The translations under genes and the position numbers were made by a program. From Patiria miniata (Eukaryota): DNA of 64,000 nucleotides. The notes beneath the pieces are model-generated. The model made no database searches, was not told the DNA's origin, and was given only the letters and a program-made list of their open reading frames with translations. Where the stretch lies: positions 915,897 through 979,896 of the forward strand of contig NW_024037061.1 of assembly GCF_015706575.1 (NCBI RefSeq), written 5' to 3'. Below, piece after piece: positions 45,739 through 56,100 of the stretch. Within the stretch, counting starts at the first letter, position 1; each line of letters starts with the position of its first letter.

Positions 45739-46499
45739 CTGTACACAAACACACAAATAAAATGAACCATTTACTGAAATCCAGAATCCAGGAGTGTATG
45801 TTTTACATCACCCCGATGCAAATTTGTGACCTACTGCGGCTAAATGAGGAATGTATCCCAAAAACTTGTTTTGAGTAATCAGCACCTGAAGTTGGATCGT
45901 GTGAAAAATTGTTCCAAAATAGATCTGGAGTTTTTTGTATTTTTGAGCAGCCAAGGTATTCAAGATTCACACTTCGTAATGAAAATAACACCATCTGATT
46001 GGACCACATCGTATGAACGGGCAATAGAGCATGCGCTGCAAGTGTCGTTTACTTAGATACGTGAGGTATTGCAGCACTGATCCAATCTGTGAGCGCGAGC
46101 CTACAGCGCACGCTCTCAGAAAGTGTTACAATGGAAAAAACCGTCCCGAATGTGTATGTAAGTACATGTCACACATAAGCTTGCAATGCGCAACGTAAAC
46201 TTTTTAAAGTTGCTTTTTCTCAAAATAAGGTCGCAGAAGTTTGCGACGCATTGCCGACTTTCTCGCAACATATCTTTGAAATAAATTAAGCCACAGATAT
46301 CAATTTGGTAACATTAGCAAGCTACAGGGAGTTGCTCTTTTACATGGTATTTAAAACTTAAAAGTAAAGGATGGAAGTTATTCCTCATTATGCCACGGCA
46401 GGTCACATTTTATCTTATGAATTCAAGCATCTATATTTTATCAAATAAAAATACTCCAAAGTTGTCTTTGAAATTCAAGCTCTCCCAGAATTTTTTTAC

Positions 46500-46641
46500 C
46501 TGTGATCCCCTGGAGAGCACCGAGTAGAACTGAATGCCAAAGACCCTGGCTAACTCGCTGGTCCGGCCGATCAAATCCAACTGATGGAGAAGTTTGAGAG
46601 ATCCACGGACCCTGACTGAGTAGTACTCTATCACTCGCCAT
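46500..46641 (-). CDS. REV3L: REV3L exon (RWRVIEYYSVRVRGSLKLLHQLDLIGRTSELARVFGIQFYSVLSRGSQ)
   Basis: Acceptor tttgttgcag| and donor CAG|GTAAAA. It matches vertebrate ...VRGNLQMLEQLDLIGKTSEMARLFGIQF..TRGSQ. Confidence 0.88.
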
Positions 46642-46789
46642 CTGCAACAAAAAAGGTCAACATTGAAACAAGTCGATATAAATTTCTTGCCATTTTGAGA
46701 AAAAAAATGGTTTTCTCTAGTAGAAAACATGGTCGAAGCTTCGGTACTTTGGGCCAGGCGGGAAAAAATGAACTTTCGGCAACACAGAA

Positions 46790-47395
46790 AAAAGATATTG
46801 TATGTATTTTTGGCCTCAACAAAACAGTTAAATAAGTCACATGGCAAAAGCTACGGTATGGTACTTTGGCCAAAGTGGAAAAAGTGGTGTTCATTTGGGC
46901 AAAAATGGCAAAAACTATGGTATTTTTGGCAACGTGGCAAAAGCTGTTGTCATTATGGTAACATGGCAAAACCTATGGCATTTTTGGGCAATGTGGCAGA
47001 AGCTGTTGCTATTTTGGCTACGTAGAAAAAGCTATGGTATTTTGGGCAACATGGCAAAAGCTATAGTATTTTGGGAAATATGGCGAAAGCTGTTGCTATT
47101 TTGGCAACATGGCAAAAGCTATGGTATTTTGGGAAACATGGTAAAATTAAAAGCTATGGTATTTCGGGCAAGGTGGCAAAAGCTACAGTATTTTAGCAAC
47201 CGTTGCAAAAGCCGTGGTATTTTGGGCAAGGTGGCAAAAGCAATGGTATTTTGGGCAAGGTGGCAAAAGCCATGGTATTCTAGCCAACGTTGCAAAAGCT
47301 GTTGAATTTTGGGCAACGCGGCAATACCCATGGTATCTGGGGCAACATGGCAAAACCTATACTATGTATTGGCCCCACTTGCAGGTCCCAAAGAG
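46790..47395. repeat. ~30-bp minisatellite (ggcaa[c/g].tggcaaaagc.atggtattttg)n, ~20 copies, in a REV3L intron
   Basis: Direct periodicity. It generates the spurious plus-strand ORFs 46729-47405 (MAKATVWYFGQ...). Confidence 0.85.
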
Positions 47396-47529
47396 TAAAT
47401 CATAATTTTAAAAACAAAAAGGGAAACGTCCTTAACGTCTCTTAACTGAAATAACTAAAATAACACTTGTAAAATTATCTTCAATCAACGGAAGAATATT
47501 TGTCTGGCTGTTGTGAAACTAAAACCAAC

Positions 47530-47651
47530 CTGAATAGTTGCGCATTTCGGTGGTCGAACCAGTCGGTCAGTTTACGGAAGGTGAAGAGAGGCACACGTTG
47601 ATGCAGGACGTGGAACGCAACGTTCTCAAACGTGTAGTTAGTCAGGGCCAC
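47530..47651 (-). CDS. REV3L: REV3L exon (VALTNYTFENVAFHVLHQRVPLFTFRKLTDWFDHRNAQLF)
   Basis: Acceptor ttaactag| and donor AG|GTTGGT. It matches vertebrate VALTNYTFENVSFHVLHQRFPLFTFRVLSDWF. Confidence 0.88.
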
Positions 47652-48147
47652 CTAGTTAAACAATCACACACCAAAATAATCTTACAGTTCAACAGAAATG
47701 AGTAAAAACTTTGAAACAATGTTAAATACATAAAAACATTCATCTGGAGTTTTTTTGGTGTTTTTCCCACGGCAGAGTGAAACATGCCATGGGCTTGAGC
47801 TGCTTATGTTGGTTGGTCGGTTGGTCGGTGGGTTGGTTGGTTGGTGGACAGTATTACACTGTTCCATGCCATGCGTGTATCACAGCTTTGCCAGTGAGTT
47901 ACTATGGAATACCTACAGCTTTGCGACACTGATGCGCATGCATCTTAGTTGCATATTAGATCACGCCCAATTGCATTGCAAAATTTGTGGTAGTACTGTT
48001 CGTGGAACTGCCGTGGGTTGTACCACTTGGTGCTTGTTAGTAATATATATTGAAACTTTAGAGAGTTTCATGAAACACTCCTAATTGTATTTCCTTATTT
48101 TACAAACAAAGGAAAACACTTCAAATAAGTTTGATATTTTGTTCGAC

Positions 48148-48266
48148 CTCGTGTCTCATGAGCCGCCACAGGTTCAGAGTGATGCGGCCTGCGATGTTGA
48201 TTTCCGATTGGTGGTCCGCTCCGTACGCATCCCGCTCCGCCGAGAAACTACTCTCCTTCTTGAAGT
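48148..48266 (-). CDS. REV3L: REV3L exon (DFKKESSFSAERDAYGADHQSEINIAGRITLNLWRLMRHE)
   Basis: Acceptor ttttgttccag| and donor GAG|GTCGAA. It matches vertebrate ...AAERDEYG...INIVGRITLNLWRIMRNE. Confidence 0.88.
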
Positions 48267-48904
48267 CTGGAACAAAAGAGAAGCACGACTGAATATGAAG
48301 CGATCACAAAACCGTTTCTGTGAATGATTTACGACTTCACACAGTGGATAATATGTATACATTTGTCATGGCGCTCAGGCCAAGTAATAAAATAAACCCG
48401 TTTCTCGCCCCTTTCTGCTTCCTCTTTTCTACCCGCCTCTTCTTTTTTTTAAAATTTAAATCATACATTTTCCATACATTCTGTCGTCTTATTTGTTTTA
48501 TTTTTAGCTATGTATGCACGTTGAAAATCTGGTAGAAATGCTGACGGCTTCTTTGTTCACAATTTTAGTATGAGCAAAAGAGTCAAGAAAATGGAAGAAG
48601 ACATCCGCCATCTTGGAATATTTGCCATTTTGTTGGGGGGATTTAAAAAAAGGGACAACCCTTTTAATATTTTTCAAAAAAAATTCTTTCCCTTAGCCTT
48701 ATCTTTAATACATTTATGCATTATCCTCAAGGAACAAATGAGGTCTTTTTGTTAAAATATTTCGACAGTAAGGCTTTTATCAACGTCAGGGATTTTACAG
48801 TTATTTTGCGGTTGTTACAGCTCAATTAAATTTAAAAAAAAATCGCGCTTGGCAAAATTTGTTTGGTGGAATTGTGCGCTCGGTAGCTCCTGTACCCTAC
48901 TTAC

Positions 48905-49020
48905 CAGGTAATCTTGAGATCTGGGTGCACAGGTCCATGTCCAGGAAGGCAGCTCGTTGCAGCAGATAGCCCCAGGAAAGCTGCTGGACTTCATAGCCCA
49001 CCAAGATGTCTGGATCGTGC
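48905..49020 (-). CDS. REV3L: REV3L exon (HDPDILVGYEVQQLSWGYLLQRAAFLDMDLCTQISRLP)
   Basis: Acceptor cttgaccag| and donor G|GTAAGT. It matches vertebrate WDPDILIGYEIQMHSWGYLLQRAAAL. Confidence 0.88.
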
Positions 49021-49865
49021 CTGGTCAAGAAATATATCCATTATTAACCATTATTAGTACTTATTTCTGGTAATGAAACCAAGGACTCCTAAAAAAAAAG
49101 TGCCCTAGGCAGTGCAGCTCGCAAGCCTGAAGAAACCTGCAGAGAAAAGACAATGAGAAGAAATTACAGTTTTAGAGGTGGGAGGAAAACCCCCGAAGAA
49201 TATACTGGGGAAAACCCACGGAATCAGGTAGGGACTGAAAACCCAATCCACATGTGGTCTGGGCAGGAATCGAACCCAGGCCACAGCGGTGGAAGGAACG
49301 AAACCACTGCGTCAACCTGACTCCCTAGCAGATAACTTTCACAGTAATGGAAGGGCTTTGTTAGAGCTGGGACGGCTATCTGGGAGCCCGATACCCGACT
49401 GAAAATGCCGGAGAACTAATTCACTTGTCCAGTTATAGTACCCGAATCATCTATGGCCAAGTTCGGGCAAGGACCATTAGTCGACTAATGGTTGATTTGT
49501 GACGTACCTTACGCCTGCGCACTGATAGCAACGCGCAAACGTCTCTAGTCAAATGCTGGTCAAAATGTCATTGCAAAACTTCTGGATCCTGGCTCTCTGC
49601 TAGCGTTATGAATGCGCGCGGCTATTGGTTACCAGAGATGAAGACACAAATACAACCTTTCTGAACAGTAGAAACTAGTTTCTCATTGATAAGTTGGTGA
49701 AAAAAAATTTGGAAAAAAGGTCCTTTGTGCCCAAGGAATACTAAAGTTATGATTCAAATTGCCTGAATGGTTTGTGGTGTCGAAGACAGTTCCGGTGAAA
49801 TAACTAAGATTAAGGGGTTAAAACAACCCTGTTTTTCGCAGGGTTAGAACAATTTCAAAACTCAC

Positions 49866-50040
49866 TTCCTGATGATGGCCAAGAGTTCATCCAGCAGGTC
49901 CGTTTCCGTGGCAACCCATTTGATGAAGACGTTGCTGATGCCAGCGTGGGCCAGGGAGGCCTGAGCACTGGATGAGGTGGATGCGCCGCCTCCGTTGCCA
50001 TGGTTACTGTCGTCAACGATGACGACGCCATGGATGAAAC
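49866..50040 (-). CDS. REV3L: REV3L exon (FIHGVVIVDDSNHG ... DLLDELLAIIRK)
   Basis: Acceptor aaatccag| and donor AA|GTGAGT. Phases chain with its neighbours. Confidence 0.8.
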
Positions 50041-50694
50041 CTGGATTTTGTTTTTCGCAGAAAAGAAAAAAATATATAAAAGTAAACATTTTCAATAAAG
50101 TAAACATTCTGTAAGTGTATGTGGGCCGACATTTTTGATTTGACGTCACAATAATTATAACATTGCGTGCTGATTTATTTTTTTTTTTTGATTTCTCATG
50201 CAATGCAACGATTGGATTGGATTATTTGGCACTTACACAGAAAATAATAATAGGGAAAAAACAAAACACAGATATACATTGAATAGCCTTTGTATTGCTT
50301 AAAAAGTTGTAATAAAGCCATTTGCAAGTTATATTCGAATAAAATCTGGAACGCTGACTTAATCCAATGCTTTGCACGTTTAAACTTCGCATTCTCCTGA
50401 CCAAAGAGACTGTTACCCTATCACGTGATACGGGGCAAGCCTTATGCTAGCAACCCCCAGCTCCGGAATGGTCTGGTGTCTTTGTGCCGTTCCCACCCAG
50501 TGTGAACAATGTATTGGTGCTGAGCGTCTCTTACGTAACCACGCAAGAGCTTGCCCCGAATCATGTGATTAGCAACAGCGTCTTTGGTCTGGAGAATGGA
50601 GAAGTTAAAATGTGCCAAGCATTCTGAGCAAGTCAGTGTACCAGATGTTTTTCAAATGTAAATCCCAAAGGGTATAGGTTACTCGCAAATAGCT

Positions 50695-50727
<33 letters not shown>

Positions 50728-50757
50728 AGTTAAAAAAAAAAAAAAAAAAACTATTAC

Positions 50758-50914
50758 CATCATCTTGCTGGCTGCACCCTGCACTGTCTTGCACTGGCTT
50801 GTCATGCTGGATACTATAGAACAAAGCTCGGATGGGATCAAAGTCAGGGTCTGGGCAATAGTCACGTCGGGTCTTAACGTGAAGCTCCAAGCTCAGGACA
50901 GTCAGATGCTGCAC
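50758..50914 (-). CDS. REV3L: REV3L exonuclease-like domain exon (VQHLTVLSLELHVKTRRDYCPDPDFDPIRALFYSIQ...)
   Basis: Acceptor gtcatacag| and donor G|GTAATA. It strongly resembles vertebrate NLTVLSVELHARTRRDLEPDPEFDPICALFYC. Confidence 0.85.
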
Positions 50915-51307
50915 CTGTATGACACGGAAAACAAGACGAGGCTACCTAGTAAAGCTGGTCCCAGAGCACACAAAGTTCTATTCATTTGGTTCGGATTGGC
51001 GATTAAATAAATTCACAGACTACGCGTCATCTGCAACATCAGCCGACATTTGAAGAAAAAAAAAGCAGGGGGAAAAAAAAAACCCGCGTCGCCGCACCAC
51101 TTTTGGGCCAAGCTCCATACCAGAAACTGGAGACTTTTTTTTTTGGCCTTAGGTACAAAGCAGATACAACGCAAGCCCCTCTCTGGAACAGCAAAAAGCT
51201 GAAGTGATACTATCGTCCAATAGTTTGTACTATCATCTGCTAAATAAATTCATGTGAATTTTGTTCTGATCAACCAAAAACACAGTCCATCATAGTGATC
51301 AGCCAAC

Positions 51308-51427
51308 CTCATGCATCGTCTTGGCATCCTGCATGTTCAGCTGTGGCATCTTGAAGCCGCACGTGTTGCTGGGCGTGGCTCCTTCTATTTGAGACATCTC
51401 CCGGCCTGGCCCGCCGACTCCAGAGCT
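51308..51427 (-). CDS. REV3L: REV3L exon (SSGVGGPGREMSQIEGATPSNTCGFKMPQLNMQDAKTMHE)
   Basis: Acceptor ggtttgcag| and donor GAG|GTTGGC. It resembles vertebrate ...NTYGFK...NLQEAKALHE. Phase is 0-0. Confidence 0.75.
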
Positions 51428-51769
51428 CTGCAAACCAAACCGAAATGAATTCCAAAGATAAAAAAATGTTTTGAGTTTGCTAGTATCCCTTGAAGGATGT
51501 AATCTCACGGGTTTAAATATTTTGACATTCACCAAAGTATTTCCTATTTCTTGGTTTATTTAGTTTTTGTTTACAAAGCTGCGATGACACAGCCCTCATA
51601 TGTTGTTTAACCACAAGTGCTTGTAAGATAATAGACCTGAAACAGGCAACTAATAACATGAACAAAGTCAACGCAAGACACTAGAAGAGAAAGTTGTATG
51701 CGGTAGAGGGAACTGGCATGTACTATAAATCCACAATGCCACTGATCAAGAAGCATGTGTATCCAGACA

Positions 51770-51900
51770 GTTTTTTTTATAAAGTTGAACAAAGAAATTG
51801 ACTGGAGTAGGGTTTGAACCTGCGACCTCCAAATTGCCGGTCTGGTGCTCTGTCAACTGAGCTATCCAGCCCTATGTTGGAAGTTCCCCAATTTTGCTTT
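51770..51900 (-). mobile_element. Second copy of the tRNA-like mini-SINE (see 18812-18935) in a REV3L intron
   Basis: Minus strand reads GGCTGGATAGCTCAGTTGACAGAGCACCAGACCGGCAATTTGGAGGTCGCAGGTTCAAACCCTACTCCAGTC plus A-tail. The long ORF 51777-52820 reads through it. Confidence 0.5.
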
Positions 51901-51965
51901 TTCAAAGAATAAAACTTATAGGTCTTTCTTTTCATGTGTTTAGGTTTTCTGAGACGTATCAATAC

Positions 51966-52830
51966 CTCTTTTGGAGTGAAGAGCAACGTCTGTCTCATGC
52001 TGGATGAGGAAGGATGCCTTTCTCTGGATCCACCTGCTGAGGATGGATCCAAGGGTCGCTTCCATCCACTGATGGGGGTGAGTGGCAAACTGGCTTCCAC
52101 TGTCCCTGGGTCGACTCTCAGAGGGGTACTGTGCTGAGGCTGGCTGCTCCCCCTCCTGGATAATGGGTTAGTCCCCGGCGTGCTCAATCGGGGCTGAATG
52201 CTGTTCTTTTTCCAAGGGGTGGGGCTGGAAAACGGGGAGCCTCCTTGTGGGGTAGAGTCGGGTTTGGTTGAAGGTGTGCTGTTCTTTTGCCAGTGGGGTA
52301 AATATCCCTTTGGTGTTTGTATCTTAGAGGTGGATGGTTCGTCTTGCAATTGTTGGCAAGCCTGTGTCGCAGACGCTGCACTTTGCCTCCTATCCTGATT
52401 TGATTGTGAGACTTCTTCAGGGAAGCCTTGACTGGGGCCTTTAGAGCTGGAGGTCTTATTGGCAGGATCAAAACGAGTTACCTTTTCCTTGACTGGCTTT
52501 TCAGCTAGCTGTGTGCCATTGGTTTCTTTGTCACCATATTTCGCATCTTCAGGGCGCTTGTCGTTTTTATCCTCCAACCAAGTCCGAACCAACGCACAGC
52601 TCGGCGGAGATCTACAAGGCGTGATCACAGCATCAGCTTCCCCGAGCAATGCAGCTTTTAATCCAGGTTCGGGGGCCACATTGCTAGCCGACAGCAAGGG
52701 GTGTGGCTGCAGGGCCATCAGGTTGGCCTGCCATTGGCCGAGGCCAGTCTGGGAGAGTCTACTCTCTGCCTCGGGGAGGCGGGATGGGAGGTTGCTCTGT
52801 AGATGACCATCATTGTGCACACCAGGTTTA
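51966..52830 (-). CDS. REV3L: REV3L exon following the giant exon (KPGVHNDGHLQ ... ITPCRSPPSCALVRTWLEDK ... RQTLLFTPKE)
   Basis: Acceptor ttatctttttcgcag| and donor GAG|GTATTG. Phases are consistent on both sides. ITPCRSPPSCALVRTWLEDK resembles vertebrate IMPCKCAPSRQLVQVWLQAK. An internal alternative donor (AAG|GTAACT at 52482) has the same phase. The ORF seen downstream of 51966 is read-through into a SINE. Confidence 0.6.
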
Positions 52831-53126
52831 CTGCGAAAAAGATAACATTAAACCTTGTTATTTTTCTGGAGCGGAGAAATTAATGACTGTTTTAACATAT
52901 TGTGGTGTTTCATCACAAAGACCTGTTGCTGTTTCATATGAGGAAGAAACACATTAAGCACCTGCACTTCATTGTAATACATTATATTTATTCGCTGATC
53001 ACTCCTGCGAACTGTCCAGTGCTTAGGGCGGTTTTGGGCAGAACAGGGAGTATCAGGCAGTGCGCTGTGGGGCAGTGCAGGGACCAATAGGTTAAGAGCT
53101 CAAAGTAAGAAACACTTGACAATTAC

Positions 53127-56100
53127 CTTGGATGGTGTGCGTCATCTGGATTCCCGCAAAATGCCCTCTGGTGGTGGAACTGAGGCAGGCCATACTCTTG
53201 CAGAGATGCCCGCACCATCTCAGCACTTGGGGGACAATGTGAAGGTGTCCAAATTGTGCTCTTTGCCTCCGTAAACGACGTCAGGTTTGGCATTTCTTCT
53301 GCTCTGGAGGTAGTCTGATGTGTGTTTTGCGTCTGATTAGTGTTTTGGTTATCGCTTTCTAGAGAGGATGCTAGTGGAGGTCCTGGGTAGACTGGAGTAC
53401 TTTGTGAGCTGTCATGAGCCTGGTTTTGGACAGCCTTATCCTCTACATCATCTTCTACTGGATGGGTGTTATTCTTGTGCTGATGGCCTCTGTCTGTTTG
53501 CTGACTAGGGTGAGCAGAGAATGCCGAGGATACTGGTATTTCCCTTGTAGACAACAGGGAATCTTGGTGCAAGGCAGATGTTTGTGTCTGGTCCGTACTT
53601 GGTGGTGAAGTTAGACTTTCGTCGTTGCGACCTGGCTGAGAAGTTTGATTGATGGCAGTCTTCTTTGTTACAGTGCTGTCCGAGTGTGCAGGCGGCTGAA
53701 AATGATGACCAGAGTAAACAGTGGGATCTTCACCACTAAGTGATGAGGACCATTCAGACTTAGTCGCGGTAGAGGTCCTATCTGTAGCTTCTCTGTCTCT
53801 GTGGAGATGCCTAATATCTTCTGGATGTTGGGACTGCTCATGTGACTCCCTTACCTGGTATGATGGAGAGTGTCGCGTAGACAGGTTTAGGCTTCCACTC
53901 TCCTCTTGAGACAAGTCAATCTCCATTGCCTCCACCTCTTCATCTGAGTCAGCCTCTTCAACAATTCTTGGAGAACTGGGCGAATTCAACTTGAGTGCTG
54001 ATTCCTTCTTTGTTGGGGACGAAAGGTTCAAGGGCTCTTCGCAGGCATCACCTGTGCTGCTCACTGTTAACTTTTCAACGGCCGGAGATGATAGATATCT
54101 CTGTGTCTTGCTTTCATTTGTGACTGGTATCGGTCTGCCAGAGGATGGGGTATCTGACTGTGAACAGGGCTTTTTCTGGGAGGACCTGTGAGGATCAAGT
54201 GAGGCTCTTGGTGAAGGAGTTTCCGGACAGACAAGCTGTGAAAACGTATCAGAATCATCACTGTTGCTGCCCGATAGGAGATGCCTTTTAGTCTGGTCTT
54301 CCCCAACAGCAACTGAGCCATTCTTAAGTGTCCTTGCACATGTGATTCTGATTTCACTAAAGCTGCATGCACTGAGACCAGAAGAATCTGTTTGTTTACC
54401 CGAAATCAAAGTGGGTGTCAGACTTCCATCATCCATTAGGACATGATCAGATGGATGTCGACTCCTTTGATGATCTGATCCTGTTTCTTTCAAGACTGCA
54501 TCTTGTGTACTCCATGTGTCTTGAGACAAATCAAGAGCACCCGATGATTCCCCAAATTGGCTCCAATGATCTGCTGTCTCGGACACAGAACTTGCCTTCT
54601 GTTCTGTCTTTTGATAATCTTTGGTGATCTTCTCTTGAACAGCTTCCGGGGATCCAGGTGGGTCCTGTTGCAAGGAGCTTCTCTCTGACTCTAGTAATTC
54701 TCTGGTTGGGGAAATGGAAGGTACACGGCTGATGATCAGAGACATGTCTAGTGACAATGATGCACCTGTGCTGCTGGAGCCGTGGGACATGTTACAGATG
54801 TTATCGCTATCCTCTTCTTCCACTTCTTGGCTGGGAGATCTGCGCAACCTCTGTGCTGGTGTGATGTCATCAGAGGACGAACTGAGACTCCTGGCATTTG
54901 GAGTGCCTCCATCACCCAAGGCCTTCACATCCGGTGACAGGGGTCTGTGTTCCGCTTCGGTACCAGAACTCGGCTTGGAAAGAAGTTCAGACCCTGTGGC
55001 AGAGGAACTTGAATCCAAGTCGGAGGTCTGAATATCAGACATCGCAGAGGAATTAGCACAGTCATCCAGACTCTTTCTCTGAGGCATCTGGGCTTGGCCG
55101 TGAACGCAGGTCATATAACCATCTGAATGACCAGCACTCTGTGACATTTTGGCAACTTCTGGATGAGATGGATGTAATGATGCCGCTTTCTTTGTGTCTG
55201 GGCTTGGGGTTGATGCTTCACTGTCCTCCGCAAACATTAATGCACTATCATCAGGAGATGCATTTTCAGTGACAGCAGTTACCCCATTCTGAGTTGCAGT
55301 CAGATTTGTCAACACGTCCACCGATTGATTCTTTTCCAGATTTTTAACCCCAACGACTGATGCCAAGACATTAGTTGTATCATTAGAATCAAGTGAGAGT
55401 TGTACAGGGCTAGACTGTTCGGTTTTCTCAGAAAAGGCCACTCTGCTACTTTGTACACTACCCAATGCAACTTCCTTTCTCTCCTCATGAGTACCTCCAA
55501 CATCGACATCAGCTTCCTTGAGAGTTGTACAGGAGTTTAGAGTGTTGTTCAACTCTGGAGAGTCACCTGGCTTGGTTTGAGATGAAGTAGGGTTAGATGT
55601 TTTGTCGGCTCTTTCTGAGCTCAGGATTGGGATTTCGTTATTGCCAGTTTCAGTTTTGTAATTGTTTTCGTTGGCCAAGTCATCAGGATGCGAGTTCCCA
55701 CAGGAGGTAAAGCCATTCCTTGCTTCTTCCTGACGGGAAGCTTCCACGCCTCTGTGGCCGTCTGTGTGTGTACTTTCTTTCTGTTCTTCACTTGTGACAT
55801 CTGCCTTAGTTTGGTCAACTTCCATCTTGTTTTCTTGCTTGTCCTCAAAAGTTTCACTTCTCACCGGTTCACCTTCATCAAAATTGTCAGTATTGCACAA
55901 ATGTTTAGACTCTGGACTCCTGCTTCTACTGTTGGAGGTCCTGGAGTTGGAGGTATTCAGCTGCGTGTAATCTGTTTGATTCTTCCCCTTCAAGCCAGCA
56001 GTACCACTCTGCGACTTCCCCCTGTTGGTATCTGCGGCTTTCTTCTTAGACTCTTTCTTTTGATCGATCAGTTTCATTCTTTCCCAAGGCTTCTGTACCT

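Noticed and set aside
46729-47405. Plus-strand ORFs MAKATVWYFGQSGKSG... / MVFWARWQKQWYFGQ...
   Set aside because: They are generated by the 30-bp intronic minisatellite. The periodic WQK/FGQ motifs simply reflect the repeat.
51777-51965. C-terminal third of the 347-aa minus-strand ORF 51777-52820 (…KKQNWGTSNIGLDSSVDRAPDRQFGGRRFKPYSSQFLCSTL)
   Set aside because: This part is read-through from the real exon into intron and then into the tRNA-like SINE at 51770-51900. A consensus donor (GAG|GTATTG) at 51965 ends the exon, and the phases fit the next exon only if it is used.
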